Assembly (NCBI RefSeq): GCF_009914755.1
Contig: NC_060929.1
Source of the DNA: the human T2T-CHM13v2.0 reference genome, Homo sapiens
Strand: one strand, 5' to 3'
Length of the DNA stretch: 64,000 nucleotides
The notes below the pieces were generated by a model. The model was not told the DNA's origin, did no database searches, and worked only from the letters and a program-made list of their open reading frames with translations. The first letter of the stretch is position 1. The number at the start of each line of letters is the position of its first letter. Shown here piece by piece: positions 30,355-44,662 of this stretch. The position numbers and the translations under genes were made by a program.

Positions 30355-30620
30355 AGTTTTGTGTGGTGGCTAAAAATTTAGGCACAGACAAACCTGGGTT
30401 CAAATCGTAGTTCTGTTGAGGATTAATTGTGTCAAATGGACAATGTGTCACATTTCCCCAGCCTCCAAATCTCCATCTAAAAAGAACAATTAATAATGCT
30501 TGCCTCAAAAAGGTTGCTAAGAAGACTAAGCACATAAAGCATTTAGCATAGTGCTTAGTGCATAGTATGTGACAATGTCACCTATTGCAATGATAAATAT
30601 TGTTATTATTGTTATTATCT
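30355..30620 (+). mobile_element. MIR SINE
   Basis: AGACAAACCTGGGTTCAAATC...CATCTAAAAA...TAAAGCATTTAGCATAGTGCTTAG...TTATTATT. Confidence 0.75.
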
Positions 30621-31351
30621 TGCCGCAGAAGTATTCACACTATTTGACATCACATAAATGTCCATCACTACACAAAGCATTAAATAAATTGTTTCACCCA
30701 GCCTTTGGAATAACAACAAATCCATCTAAGAAGTGAAGTAGCTTTGTATGCACTGACAGTGATGAAGATCCATTATATGTTACTGGTCACTATAAAAAGC
30801 AGGTTGCAGAAAAACATGTCTCTCATAACCCCACACTTTTATATACGTGTCTATGTTGCTGTCTGTTTGCATGGATTCATCAATGTGTTTGAAACTTTAT
30901 GTACCTGTTAACACCAGTTATCTCTGGGGAGTAGAAATGTGAGTGGGAGAAAATAAAAGCAACATTTCACTTTTCATTTATAGATTTTGTTTCTCTGTGT
31001 GTTTGTGTGGCTATGTACGTCTTTACTTTTATGCAAAACAATGAGAAAAAGTAAACTTTCACAGCCTTTTTATTCAACAGTGACCTTCCAAGTTTCACAC
31101 CAGTAATAATGCCAATTTTCACCTGTAAATTATGCATATATATAAGCATAGTCCTTTCTAGGCCCAGAATCCTTTCATATTAACAGGACTTGTGCATGTA
31201 TAAGGAAGAACGTCCCATAATTCTCAAATATTTTGTTTGCATTTCCAAAACTGACAATTTATTTGTAGAAAGTTTATGATTATTTTATGAAAATATATTT
31301 TAATGTTGTCTTTAAAAAAATAAAGTTTATGACTATCATGCACTGTTCTTT

Positions 31352-32196
<845 letters not shown>

Positions 32197-33074
32197 CATG
32201 CCCCGTTCTTTCTAATGCCATCAAATTAGACAATCATATTCCTTTTCCCTCAGAACAATGCATTATTGCCTTGCCCAAGTCAGTTTCTCTTCATTTAGCT
32301 AGGACTCATAATTAACCCTTCATTTTATCTCAAAATCATTATGCAGTGGATCATGGAGATCATGTGTTCACTCCACAGATATTTATTACATGTCAACTCC
32401 GTAAAAGAAATTGCCTTACCTGCAACACAACTCATTTGCATCTTATAAGTGGTGGGAAAGGATTGAATTGACGCCTTTTTTCCACATACAGTTCATTTAT
32501 TTTAGGCAGAGAAATGAGAACTCAGTGTAGTAATGTCCTCTGACCAGCAATTATAGTTTGAAGTCACAAAACCAGGTAGCCTTTAAGCAACGGGTTAATA
32601 ACACATGCCACTCTGTACAGATTTAGATGATGGATGACTGGAATTTGAAGTAACTGGACAGCTGTCTGAACAGACTATTTCATTATACGTGAAGGAATGG
32701 CATTTCTAACTATGATGATAATTAGAGTAGATGAAATGCATAAATCAGGGAAGTTTTTTTATAGCATTGGTTTGGGGGAACAGTTTTTAACCCTCCGTAT
32801 GGGCTCAGTGCATTGGATTAGGAGCCAATGCATGTTGCTATAACAGGAATGATGTGATATTCTTGTTTCTAGTGCTACATGGCATGTTTTTTGTATATCT
32901 GAATTCAGAGTAACACACGATGCAATAAGAATGTTCAGTTGCAATCAAGGATTTGAATAAAACATGCCTGATAATATTATAATGCGCATTGTTGTTATTT
33001 TAGCCATATAATTCCTGTAGTTCAAGTAAATTCCTTTTACCCTTTTCCAGTATCTCACAAATTTGTAACATCTC

Positions 33075-33600
33075 TCTTTCAGTTATCAATTGCTGTGTAA
33101 CAAAATTCCCCAAATCTTAAAAGCTTCAAACAACCACCATGAACCACATTTGTTACCTCTCCTCATTCTGAGTTGTCAGGGATCAATTAGTTCTGCTGAT
33201 CTTACTTGGGAATTTTCACAAAGTTGCCAAATTCATAAGGAGACTCAACTTAGACTCTGGGAAGACTGAACCTCTCTTCATCATCTTGCCATCGGAACGC
33301 TTCTCTTTTCCATGCGGTCTTTCTGTGTGGTCCCTCCATGTAGAATCTCCAGCGGTGTAGCCAAACTTCTTATGTGGCAGCCCTCCCAAAAGTCAGCTTT
33401 CCTGGAGGAAGGAAACGGACATTGCCAGTCTTCCTAAAGACTAGGCAGGTGCTTATCAGCAAGGCTTCCATTCTGCCATATGAGGTTGGATAAACCTACA
33501 CCCAGGCCAGCTCAAATTCAATGTGTGTGGGAATTTCATGAAAACATAAATACCAGGAGGCGTAGTTCTTTAGGGGTCACCTTTGAAGACCAGTTACCAT
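33075..33600 (-). mobile_element. MLT1-type MaLR LTR
   Basis: TCAGTTATCAATTGCTGTGTAACAAAATTCCCCAAA...ATACCAGGAGGCG...TAGGGGTCACCTT. Confidence 0.7.
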
Positions 33601-33864
33601 GATGCCCTTTTTTCTGGAAGGGAGCACAGTAATGTTGTGATGGCCTGACCACTGTCTGGGTTGACTCTGGCTCAAAGCTCCTGCCACTGGACTCTACATT
33701 TTTTTGGTAATCAAGAACCATGTTTTACATTTTGAGCACAGTTTTTTATGCTTAGCAGTATCTCAACGAAGTTTAAATTAATGGTAAATCCAGCTGCGTC
33801 TCTTTCTCTCCCTTATGTCTGCTCCTTTGTCACTACTACCTAAGTTTAGACTGTGTCATAAAAC

Positions 33865-34086
33865 ATAATGTAGTAGTTAATTAGGAAGAACTTTGAGGAA
33901 AGATTTATCTGAATTCAAACCCTAGATCCACCATTCCATCCATTTATCTATCTGTCTGTCTAGATGGAATGGTGGATCTATCTCTCTGTCTGTCTAGATG
34001 GAATGGTGGATCTAGAATATATATACACACACATGATTTGGATTTACCATTAATTTAAACTTCATTGAAATACTATGATCAATAGG

Positions 34087-34122
<36 letters not shown>

Positions 34123-34310
34123 ATGGTGGATCTATGGTATATATGTACACCCACATGATTTGGGCTAAGTTAATTAGCATTTTAAAACTTTCTTGTGCAT
34201 AAAATAGATATTTTATAGTACTACTTTCATTAATTGAAATAATGCATAGAAGGTAATCTGCCTAGGGCCCAAGTCTTATAAAGCACTCAATAAATGGTAG
34301 CTGCTACTTT
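33865..34310 (+). mobile_element. MIR SINE with a rearranged internal insertion
   Basis: GAATTCAAACCCTAGATCCACCATT ... ATGATTTGGGCTAAGTTAATTA ... AAGCACTCAATAAATGGTAGCTGCT. Confidence 0.6.
34086..34120. repeat. (GATA)n tetranucleotide repeat
   Basis: About 8 units read directly. Confidence 0.9.
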
Positions 34311-35599
34311 CTCTTAATTGCAGGCCTGTAGTACTTCTTGAGTGTCCTGCTTTCTCCAGACTCACCTACTTACAGTCTACAGTGATGCTAAATTAGTGGC
34401 CCCTAAAACAAATGAAGTATCCTATCACTCTTATCCCCCTCATTCCCCCCAGATTCACTGATTCTTTCTCCATAGTCTACTCTAAATTCTCTTAGCTTGG
34501 GATTCTCATTCCTTTAAAATTATGCATTTACTTCTACTCCTCTTCTGAAAATGCAGCCAAGCTGAATCAATTAGTCTTTCTCAAACCCTCCAGGTTTGTG
34601 GCCCCATATCTCTATTTTGCTTCTTTTACTTTTCTCTATGCCTGGAACTTCTCACTCCTGCCCCTCTTCCCCAGCTAAAGGAGGTTGTAATGATTTGGTC
34701 CCTGAAAATGTTCAAAAACATATATATCCAAAAATCACCTGAATGGTTTATTATGAGCACAGGCCCAAATGCCTGCCTGACTCAGCTATTAGCCTAAGTA
34801 GGCTAACTAAATGCCATTGTAAAAAATAGACCTCAACAGCATAACACGATTGATGCTTTTACATTTTTGTGCATATAACTGTCCAGAGTAGGTGTTCAGT
34901 GACATCTCAGGCACAGAATTTGAAGATGTGCATAACCCAGGTCTAAAAGCAGTTCACATCACTTCCCCTCACATTCCACTGGAGAGGATTGAGTCATATG
35001 GCCCAAGGGCAAAGAAAGCTGAGAAATATAGCTAGCTTTTAGCCCAAAGAAGGGACAGTACATGTTGGCACACAGGTAGCAGCTTCTGATAGCTCACTTT
35101 ATTAAATAAGTAACACACTCCAGATCTAAGAAAAGAGTGAGTTGTAAGGACCGTGACAAATGAGAAAGCTCTTGATGTAACTACAAAGGATAATGTTAGT
35201 CACTTTAAGCAACTTTTGCCATGGAGGAATGATTGTCAGGTCCAACCAGATATGATGAGTTCAAGAAAACCAAAAGCCAATTACTGTATGTGAAAACGCC
35301 ACTTAAAAAATATCAGCAGCTAATTTAATCCTTTTACAAATACTGTGTGCTACGTAACCCATTCACTGACTGAATCTGGCCAGCAGGTCCCTGGTATGTG
35401 AAGTCTGTTTTAGACATTGAGTCTGCTAAATTTTTGAAGCTACACACCTTGTTGTCCCTGGAGGTTTGATTCATGTAGAGATTCTGAGACAAATTGTAAG
35501 GGAATTGGGCACTATAAATTTTACTCAGAACATTCCCTAAATTCTCTACATATTTTAGGGAACAGACTTAAATATTCATGTTCCTTCTCTGTTCTACCT

Positions 35600-36030
35600 G
35601 CTAAACATGCTGTGGTATTCATTACTTGTACTCACTTGTCTATGTCACGCTCTCTGGACACCTGGTAGGATTTAACTTGCTCATCCCCTTTGGAGTCAGG
35701 TGTGGCCATGTGACTTATTTGGCCATTGAAATATGACTCAAGGTGACTTGTCCCTTGGAGGAGGAAGTTTTAAGAACCCACACTGTACTTTGCTTAACAA
35801 TAAATAAATAAATAAACAAACAAACAAACAAACTCTTTCCCATGGTGATTGGCAAAAATCTAGATTCGGGCTGTTTTGTCAGCCTGGGGCCTAAAGTGAC
35901 AACGGTCCAGAATAGAGCTCCCAGCAACCCACAAGATGCAAAGCGTGAATGAAAGAAAGAAAATGTTGTTTTCAACCAGCAAGATTTGACGGTTGTTTGC
36001 ATAGCATAATTGACCTCTCATGATTAATCT
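35600..36030 (+). mobile_element. MLT1I/J-type MaLR LTR
   Basis: GAGTCAGGTGTGGCCATGTGACTTATTTGGCCATTGAAAT...CAGCCTGGG...TGTTTGCATAGCATAA. Confidence 0.7.
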
Positions 36031-36384
36031 CCTTGCTAGTGACTGTGTTTCAACAACCGCTAATTATTTAGATGAAATATTATATATTATAAGGGCTTGG
36101 ATTAGGAATTACAAGACTTGACTTGAAGTCCCCTGAAAGGGGGACTAATGAACTATGCAGCTTGGGTCACATTACTTCTCTCTGAGTCTCAGTTTTGCCA
36201 TCTGTAAAGTCAAAAGTGTGGTACTAGATAATTTTGGAGGTTTTTTAATTTACAAATTCCTCTCAGAATATCAGTTTAAAGTCCACCAGCAGTGACACTT
36301 GCACTCCTTCTGAATGATAAATCAGTCCTTACTGATAACCCTATACTGTTACAGTGATTTTCCCATTACATTTGTTATCACAAC

Positions 36385-36684
36385 TTTTTTTTTTTTTTTT
36401 TGAGACCAAGTCTCACTCTTGCTGCCCGGGCTGGAGTGCAGTGGCATGATGTCAGCTCACTGAAACCTCCGCCTCGCAGGTTCAAGTGATTCTCCCACCT
36501 CAGCCTCCCTAGTAGCTTGGACTACAGGTGCCTGCTACCAGGTCTGGCTAATTTTTGTATTTTTAGTAGAGACGGGGTTTCTCCATGTTGGCTAGGCTGG
36601 TCTCGAGCTCCCGACCTCAGGTGATCCACCTGCTTCAACCTCTCAATGTGCTGTGATTACAGGTGTGGGCTACCACACCATACC
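36385..36684 (-). mobile_element. AluS SINE
   Basis: Poly-T plus antisense Alu; TSD CACAACTTTT. Confidence 0.93.
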
Positions 36685-37584
36685 CACAACTTTTAGGTGT
36701 GCTTAAAATTATTAACTGTAACATTTCTGAGTGCAGGACAGAGTTCAACTAGACATAATTTATAAGGAAAAATACCAAAACTCAAAAAGATTGAATTGCT
36801 CCTATCACAAAAATAATTAGTAGAAAAATCTAGAATCTAAGCCTAGTCATTTCTGAGCATATGTTATTTTCCTATTACCATATTTGCAATTTAAATTGAA
36901 TTTCCTGTAGCATGCTTTATTTATTTTATTTACTTTTAATTTTTGCCCTCCGAACACAGAAAATGCAATTAGGATGGTTCTCGGAGACAATAGGTCACTT
37001 TACACCACCCACCAAGAAAAATGTGGACGAACACATGGGGAATTCTGCTTGCTTTGAAGAAAATATTTCAATATGTCTTTTAGTAGAGGGAAAAATGAAA
37101 GAAGCAAGTTCAAGATGAGAAATCACTAGCCAGCAAGCATATTGTGATAAATCAGCCATAACATGATTATAGCAACTTCCTTGGGAAAGAAATCAATGCT
37201 GAATCAGACTTAGATAGACCAGGGGGATCAAATGGAGGTCAAAGGTACTTCTCCATCTCGAAATTGGATAATTATTACTGTTATTATTGTCAGTTGCTAT
37301 AATATAATACTGGGAGAAATATACAGAATCCCAGTGCTGCATTTATTGGCTGGCTAGACAAGTCAATCCATTACAAGGAAATAAATTCAAGCATATTACT
37401 CTATCAAAATATCAAGTGAATTAGGGTAATTAGAACAAGGCTACCTGTGAGTCTCCTTTAGATTTTTTTTTAAATAAGCAGAAAACATAAAGCAAATAAG
37501 CAATTTTGAAAGAAGAAATTGCATTCATTTCTTTTGTTTTGAAAATTGGACAGTAAGGCTTGCTATAGTAAGTATACCAGGTTC

Positions 37585-37887
37585 CAGCTGGGCACCGTGG
37601 CTCAAGCCTATAATCCCAGAACTCTGGGAGGCTGAGGAGGGTGGATCACTTGAGGTCAGGGGTTGGAGACCAGTCTGCCCAGCATGGTGAAACCCCATGT
37701 CTACTAAAAATAAAAAATTAGCTGGGCGTGGTGGTGGTGAGTGCGTGTAATCTCAGCTACTCAGGAGGCTGAGGAGGAGAAGCGCTTGAACCTGGGAGGT
37801 GGAGGTTGCAGTGAGCCAAGATCGTGCCACTGCACTCCAGCCTGGGCAACAGAGTGAGGCTCCATCTCAATAAAGAAAAAAGAAAAA
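37585..37887 (+). mobile_element. AluS SINE
   Basis: Alu body; TSD core TATACCAGGTT on both sides. Confidence 0.93.
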
Positions 37888-38674
37888 GGTATATACCAGG
37901 TTGGAAATCTTGGATTTGAATGTAGCTGAAACCAGGAAGCTCCGGACAGGCCTATGTTTCCCTTATTCATAACATTCGGTCAGTCACCAAGTTTTCCTAC
38001 TATATTCCTTTAATAGTCCTGAAACCTCCCTCTGCCTCCATAATACTCCCACTGCCTGCACCTGGTCTTTAGCCTTCTTGCCTGCATTTCTGCACCAGCC
38101 TCTCCTTTCTTCTTCCTGCCTAAGCCTCACATGTTTCTAGAGCATTCTACTTAAACTAACTTAAGTGATCTTTCTGAAATTCAAATCTAATCATGAGGCT
38201 TGTGTCCTTTAAACTATTTAGTGGCTTCCCCTCATAAGTAATTATTTTCTAAAGGTTCGGGCTGTCTGTCTTTTCCTTGCTAGACATCAGTCAAGCTGAT
38301 TATCAAGCAAATCCATCTTTCATTTTCTGCTTAATATTTAATATTTGTTCTCTATTGCCCTTATTGGACTCTTAGTCTTTTGCTAGTGAGATATCTTTTT
38401 TTTTTTTTTTCCGCAGTTCATTTTGGGTCATGGGTGGGGTGTGTCAACAGAGGTTCTTTAGTTCTCAGGCTATTTGAGCACAAATGCATCATTGCTGCTG
38501 TGAGTGGGTGCATGAGCCCTCAGTTATGTCATCAGCTTAGACCTTTCTACTTTCATTTGAAGTGGTGAGAGGGGAGCTTCCTCTGTGCTTCAACAGTGAT
38601 GTCAAAAAGTACACGCATATATTTGTAAGAATATGCATGTGTGTATGTATGTACATAGATCGTGTGTGTGTATA

Positions 38675-39003
38675 CAGTCATGTGCTACATAACAGCGTTC
38701 CAATCAACAACAGACTGCATGTACCTCATGTGTGATGGTAGTCCCATAAGATTACAATACCGTATTTTTACTGTAGTCTTTCTATGTTTAGTTATGTTTA
38801 GATACACAAATACTTACCATTTTGTTATAGTTGTCTATAGTAGTACAGTAACATGCTATACAGGTTTGTAGCCTAGGAGCAATAGGCTATACCATCTAGG
38901 TTTGGGTGAGTACACGCTATGATATTCACATGACAACAAAATCATCCAATGACATATTTCTCACATCCAATGACATATATTTCCATTAAACAATGCATCA
39001 CTG
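38675..39003 (+). mobile_element. Tigger3a (MER7-type) MITE
   Basis: TIRs CAGTCATGTG...TGCATCACTG after a TA; TAGCCTAGGAGCAATAGGCTATACCAT core. Confidence 0.85.
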
Positions 39004-39009
39004 TTTATA

Positions 39010-39683
39010 CATTAGTCACCCACTGCTTATCCTTGGGGAATATGTTCCAAGACCTCCAGGGGATGCCTGAAACTACAGATAAAACTGATCTCTCTATAAA
39101 CTGTTTTCTCCTGTCCACACCTATGATAAAGTTTAATATATGAATTATGCATAGTGAGAGACTAACAGTAATAACTAATAATAAAATAGCACAACTCTAA
39201 CAAGATACAATCGTCTCTTAGTACCTGTGGGAATTTGGTTCCAGGACCCTCCACAGATATCAAAATCTCTGTATACTCAAGTCACTTTTATAAAATGATG
39301 TGGTATTTACATATAACCTATGTACATCTTACCATGTACTTTAAATTAGCTCTAGATTACTTATAATACCTAATACAATGTTAAGGCTATGTAAACAGTT
39401 ATACTGTATTGTTCAGGGAATAATAACACAAAATGTCTATACGTGTTCGGTGCGGATGCAATCATCCTTTTTTTCTGAATATTTTTGACCTGAGGCTGAT
39501 TGAATCCATGGGTGCAGAATCCATAGATCTGGAGGGCCAACCGTACTGCAATAAAAGTTATGTCAATATGGTCTGTTTCTCTCAAAATATCTTATTGTAT
39601 TGTACTTACCTATTTTCAGACCACTATTGACCACAGGTAACTGAAACTCGTGAAAGAGAAACCGAGGATAAAAGGGACGGCTG
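39010..39683 (-). mobile_element. MER44A (Tigger-family) MITE, interrupted by MER2
   Basis: TA-flanked; CTTATCC...TTCCAAGACCTCCAGGGGATGCCTGAAAC...AATAAAAGTTATG...GGATAAAAGGGACGGCTG. Confidence 0.85.
39208..39543 (+). mobile_element. MER2 (Tigger-family) MITE
   Basis: CAATCGTCTCT...TTGGTTCCAGGACCC...GAGGGCCAACCG with TA at 39206-39207 and 39544-39545. Confidence 0.85.
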
Positions 39684-40283
39684 TATACACCTGTGTGTGT
39701 ATCCAAAGCATGGTAGCCATTCCGTTCCTGAAAAATAATTTATATAAGTTATAACAATAGAAGGAATCAACCATATATTTGTGAGTGAAGAGGCCCAAAC
39801 CTTAGATTTCATGCTCCAGAAACACCATCAATAGATTATGAAGCCCATTCTTTTAAACAACCGATAGTCTTGACCTACATAGCAGTCTTTTCTTGTCTCT
39901 TGATCAACTCAATTGCAGATATAGCACAAACACAAGGAAGTGAATGCCCTATAAGGACTCTTCAATGAACAGAATAAATAAATTAGTGAAGAAACGATCC
40001 AGCTTTCCATCCTTTGGTGGAAAGTTCATGTAATCTACATGTATTTCCGAGAGTTTTCAGTGGGATTGAGCTCCATTTTTCCACCAGGGTGTCTAGCTCA
40101 GTAACATCAACTGTAGGGTTTTCCCCTGCCCCTCCCTCCCTCTGACTGCTGGGACCACCTCTCAGATAAACTAGGAGAACCCAAAGTGTTGTCTCAGACA
40201 CTTTCAGAGGCACACAGACTAACGCAAATCTGCTTTTGGTTATCTTTTCTACTAAATAATTCATGATTGATTCTATCCTCAGG

Positions 40284-42765
40284 TGTCTTAGTCCATTCGT
40301 GTTACTATAAAGGAATACTGAAGTAAATTATTTTAAAAAGATTTATTTGGCTTATGGTTCTGCAGACTGTATAGGAAGCATGGTATTAACGTCTGCTTCT
40401 GGTGAGGATCTCAGGAAGCTTCCAGTTATGGCAGAAGGTGAAAGGGAGCAGGTATCACATGGTGAGAAAGTAAAGGAGAGAGGAGACGGAGGTGCCAGGT
40501 TCTTTTTAATAGTCAGATATAGCAGGAAATAACAGAGCAAGAACTCTCACTACTGCAAGGAAGGCACCAAGCCTTTCATGAGGCACCTGCCCCCATGAAC
40601 AAAACACTTCCCACCAGGCTCCATCTCTAACACTGGGGATAAAATTTCAGTAGGAGATGGGAGGTGACAAATACTCCAAACTATATTATTCTACCCTTGG
40701 ATCCCCAAATCTCGTGTCTTTCTCACATTATAATATACAATCATTCCTTCTTTATAATCCCCAAAAGTCTTAACTTCCAGCACCAACCCAAAACTCCAAA
40801 GTCTCACTTAACAGTCAAGGAAAGATCTACAGCTTGAGTCTGTAAAATCAAAAATGAGTTATTTACCTCCAAAATACAGTGGTGTACAGGCTTTGCATAA
40901 ACATCCCATTCCAAAAGGGAAAAACTGGCAAGAAGAGGGGAGTAACAGTCCCTGGGCAAGTCTGAAATGCATCAGGGCAGGCATTAAATCTTAAAGCTCC
41001 CAAATAATTTAATTTGACTCTATATCCCACTTCCTGGGTGCACTGGTAAAAGAGGTAGACCACCAAAGCCTCAGGAAGCCCTCTCCCAAAGGCTTTGCTG
41101 GCTGAAGCCCCATATGGCTTCTCTCACCACTTGAATCAAATGTCTGTGATTTTTCCAGGCTAAGGGTACACACTGTCAGTGGCTCTACCATTCTGGGGTC
41201 TGGATGGTGGTGGCCCTCCTTCCACAGCTCCACTAGGCAGTGCCCCAATGGATACTCTCTCTGGGGACTCCATCTCTACATACCCTCTCAGCCCAGCCTT
41301 AGTCAAGGTTCTCTGCAGCAGCTTCACCCCATGGCAGGCTTTTGCCTAGGCACCCAGGCTTTCCAATACATCCTCCGAAATGTAAGTGAAACTGTCAAGC
41401 CTCCTTCACTCTTGCATTCTGCATGTCTGCAGACTTAACACCATATGAAAGCCATGAAGGCTTATGACTTGTGCTCTCCAGAGAGGTGGCCTCAGCCAGA
41501 CTTGGGGTCCTTTGAAGCAAGGATGGAGCCTGAGAAGCCAGGATTCAAGAAGCAGTTCCAGAGATGGTGCAAGGAAGCTGCAGGCACCCTAGTTCTGGCC
41601 CCAGAAACCATTCTGTCCTCTCAAGCCTCTGAGCCTGTGATGGGAGGGGCTGCCTTGAAGGTCTCTGAAATGCCTTTGGTACCTTTTCCCTATTGTTTTG
41701 ATGCCTTCTTTGGTACCTTCTCCCTATTAGCACCTGGCTCTCTTCTATCCTCATTAACCTTTCTAGCAAGTAGTTACTAGAAGTCTGCCTGGATTCTTCA
41801 CCTGAAAACACACATTTTTGCCTCTACCACATGGCCAGGCTGTGAATTTTCCAAAAGTTTTATGCTCTGCTTCCCTTTTAATTTGAAGTTCCAACTTTAG
41901 GTCATTTCTTTGCTCCCATATGTGATTGTAGGCTAACGGAAGCCACCATGACACTTCTTGAATGCTTTGCTGCTCAGAAATCTCTTCTGCCAAATACCCT
42001 AGGCCACCACTCTTAAGTTCTACCTTCCACAAAGCCCTAGGGTATGGACACAGTGCAGCCAAGTTCTTTGCAAGGGCTAAAAATGGGTGACCTTTGCTCC
42101 AGTTCCAAACCAGTTCCTCACTTCCATTCTGAGACCTCCTCAGCATGGTCTTTACTGTCCATATTTCAATTAGCATTTTGGTCACAACCACTTAATCAGT
42201 CTTGAAGAAGTTCAAACTTTCCCTTCTCTTCTTGTCTTCTTCTGAGCCCTCCAAACTCTTCCAATCTCTGCCTATTACCCACTACCAAAGCCACTTCCAC
42301 CTTTTAAAATATCTTTATAGGAACAACCCATTCCTCAGTATCAACGTTTTTGTCTTAGTCTGTTGGTGTTGCTATAAAGAAGTACCTAAGGCTGGGTAAT
42401 TATAAAGAAAAGAAGTTTATTTGGCTCACAGTTCTTCAGGCTGTACAAAAAGAATGGCATCAGCATCTACTTCTAGTGAGGGCCTCAGGAAGCTTCCACT
42501 CATGGCAGAAGGTAAAGGGGAGAAAGCATCACATGGCAAGAGAGATAAGAAGAGAGAGAGGAGGTAAGTGCCAGACTCTTTTTAATAACCAGACCTTGCA
42601 GGAACTGACAGAGTAAAAAACACGCATTACTGTAATGAAGGCACCAATCAGTCCATGAAGAATCCACCTCCATTACCCAAACACCTCCTACCTGGCCCCA
42701 CCTCCAACACTGGTGATCAAATTTCAACATGGGATTTGGAGTGGACAGATATTCAGATTAAATCA
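40284..42765 (-). mobile_element. Two-LTR MST (MSTB-like) MaLR element: LTR 40284-40688, internal region, LTR 42351-42765
   Basis: Two direct LTRs, each starting TGTCTTAGTC; MaLR-internal ORF remnants (41763-42191: WNWSKGH...LAKNLAALCPYPRALWKVEL...GYLAEEISEQQSIQEV); 5-bp TSD TCAGG/CCAGG. Confidence 0.92.
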
Positions 42766-44620
42766 CCAGGTATATAAGATGTTATTCAGTGAACTATAAT
42801 CTTATATACTATGCAGTAAAAAAGCTAGAACAATTAATATGTAAAGGAGTTTCAAGAAATTGTCTTAAATAATGTTTAATTAGTAGTTGATATCATTCCA
42901 ATGTGCTCTTCAGTATAATTTTACCATGGGGCATAAACACATATTATTATTCATATGTATCCCTTTATTTTACCACTAACTTCCCCTAAGTTAAAAACTT
43001 ATTTGGAATAAGACAACTTTCTATTGTGAATTCAGGATAGAAGTTGAGTTTTAAGGCTATACATCTCTATTTGTATATCATGCAAATGAATAACAATAGG
43101 CATACACAGTTTTACTGTTAACTAAATATAGGGGGCTTTTGATTTTACCACCATGTGAAAGTTTCTATCTACTTCTGAAAAGCTGCCCTTTTATTTTTTA
43201 TATAGTAATGGTTCATCTTCAAGGACTAACAAGAAAGGGTATTTTGCTATCCCTGGAGAAAGAAAGGCATATAGATTTATATAATTCATAGATATTGAAA
43301 AACAGGATACTCTCTCCCACACATAAAATATGAGTTCTAGTTTAACGTTATCTATTTCTTATATAAAGCACATTCTGTGTATTACAGATTAAATATCAAC
43401 ATATGTAAATTAAGTTTGGGCTAACTAGGTTTAGTTCAGTTTGCCTGAAATAATCGTTCTTTGTTCTTAGTTATATGCACAGATACAAACATTAAAAGAG
43501 AAAAAAAAACTGTGTATAACACTTCAGTGTCTGTGATTCAGTGACAAATGCCTGAAAGTCTTATCTTTTTCATTAGAATAATGAAGCAATGAAATAATAC
43601 ACACTGGCTTCTGCTCCTAGCATGTGCATTTCTGCTAAGGAAAAGTAACAAAGGCAGATTTCATTTACTAAACTACTTGCATGCTTCCTAGGGATATGGC
43701 AGGCAAAGGGAGAAAATAGACACAAATGTTTTGACTTATTTGCTAGTTTGTGATAGTTAATATTTAGATATCTGTCTTCTCTTGTTTTTAATATATTATT
43801 CATCTTGATATATGTGTTTATGTGTGTATGTTTGTGTATTCAATTCAACAGATGTATTATGCACCTACTATTTGAAGGTTCAGCAATAGATGCTAGAGGG
43901 AATACAAAGGTGAATGAATCGCAAGTCTTATTTTCACAGAACTTGGAGATTAATTAGAGGAGATATATATATCTTTATGTTCAGGGAGAACTTAAGCCAA
44001 CCAGAACTCACACTTAGAGGCAAACCTGGATCTGACATGAGGCTATTTGTAGTTTTTATTCTTCTTTTATGTTACTATTCATACATTTGCTATGAAGATA
44101 ATAATGTTCGATTATGGCATACTATCCCTGACTCCATCAGTGTATTATTAAATATACACACATACATGCCAAATTACCTTTCCAAAATCTAAATAATTCT
44201 GAATTCTGAAACACATCTAGATGTATAGGTTTTGGATCCAGGACTAATACTGAACAGATCTGGCCTGCCATGTTTGATTGTAGCCAGTGGGGACTGCAGT
44301 CCAACCCACTCTACTTCCACATCTGGGGCTCTGTTGGCCTGGAGAAAGCTGTTTATATATTTGCACAAAGAAGTTTTCTTCTGACAAGCCCTGCCTGGGA
44401 AGGGAACAATGGGACCTCAGGAGATAATTTTCTCTAATACGTTTCTTGAAAGTTGGCTGAGGTTTTGAAGGAGATTAAGTTTGAGGTAGGACTGATCACA
44501 AATCTGATAGGGAAAGGAATGTGTGAAGAAGATTATAAGAAAGACTTATGAAGAATACTCATGTAATAGTGTTCCTTGAAACCATCCATCTAACAGCAAT
44601 GGCAAGAAGGTAGCTGGAAA

Positions 44621-44625
<5 letters not shown>

Positions 44626-44658
<33 letters not shown>
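44626..44658. repeat. (GA)n microsatellite
   Basis: Read directly. Confidence 0.92.

Positions 44659-44662
<4 letters not shown>

Noticed and set aside
33922-34163. Spaced repeats as a CRISPR-like array
   Set aside because: Primate DNA; only three irregularly spaced copies plus one inverted copy; simple-sequence spacers; no cas genes
41009-42191. Overlapping minus-strand ORFs up to 142 aa
   Set aside because: Frameshifted remnants of the MaLR (MST) internal ORF
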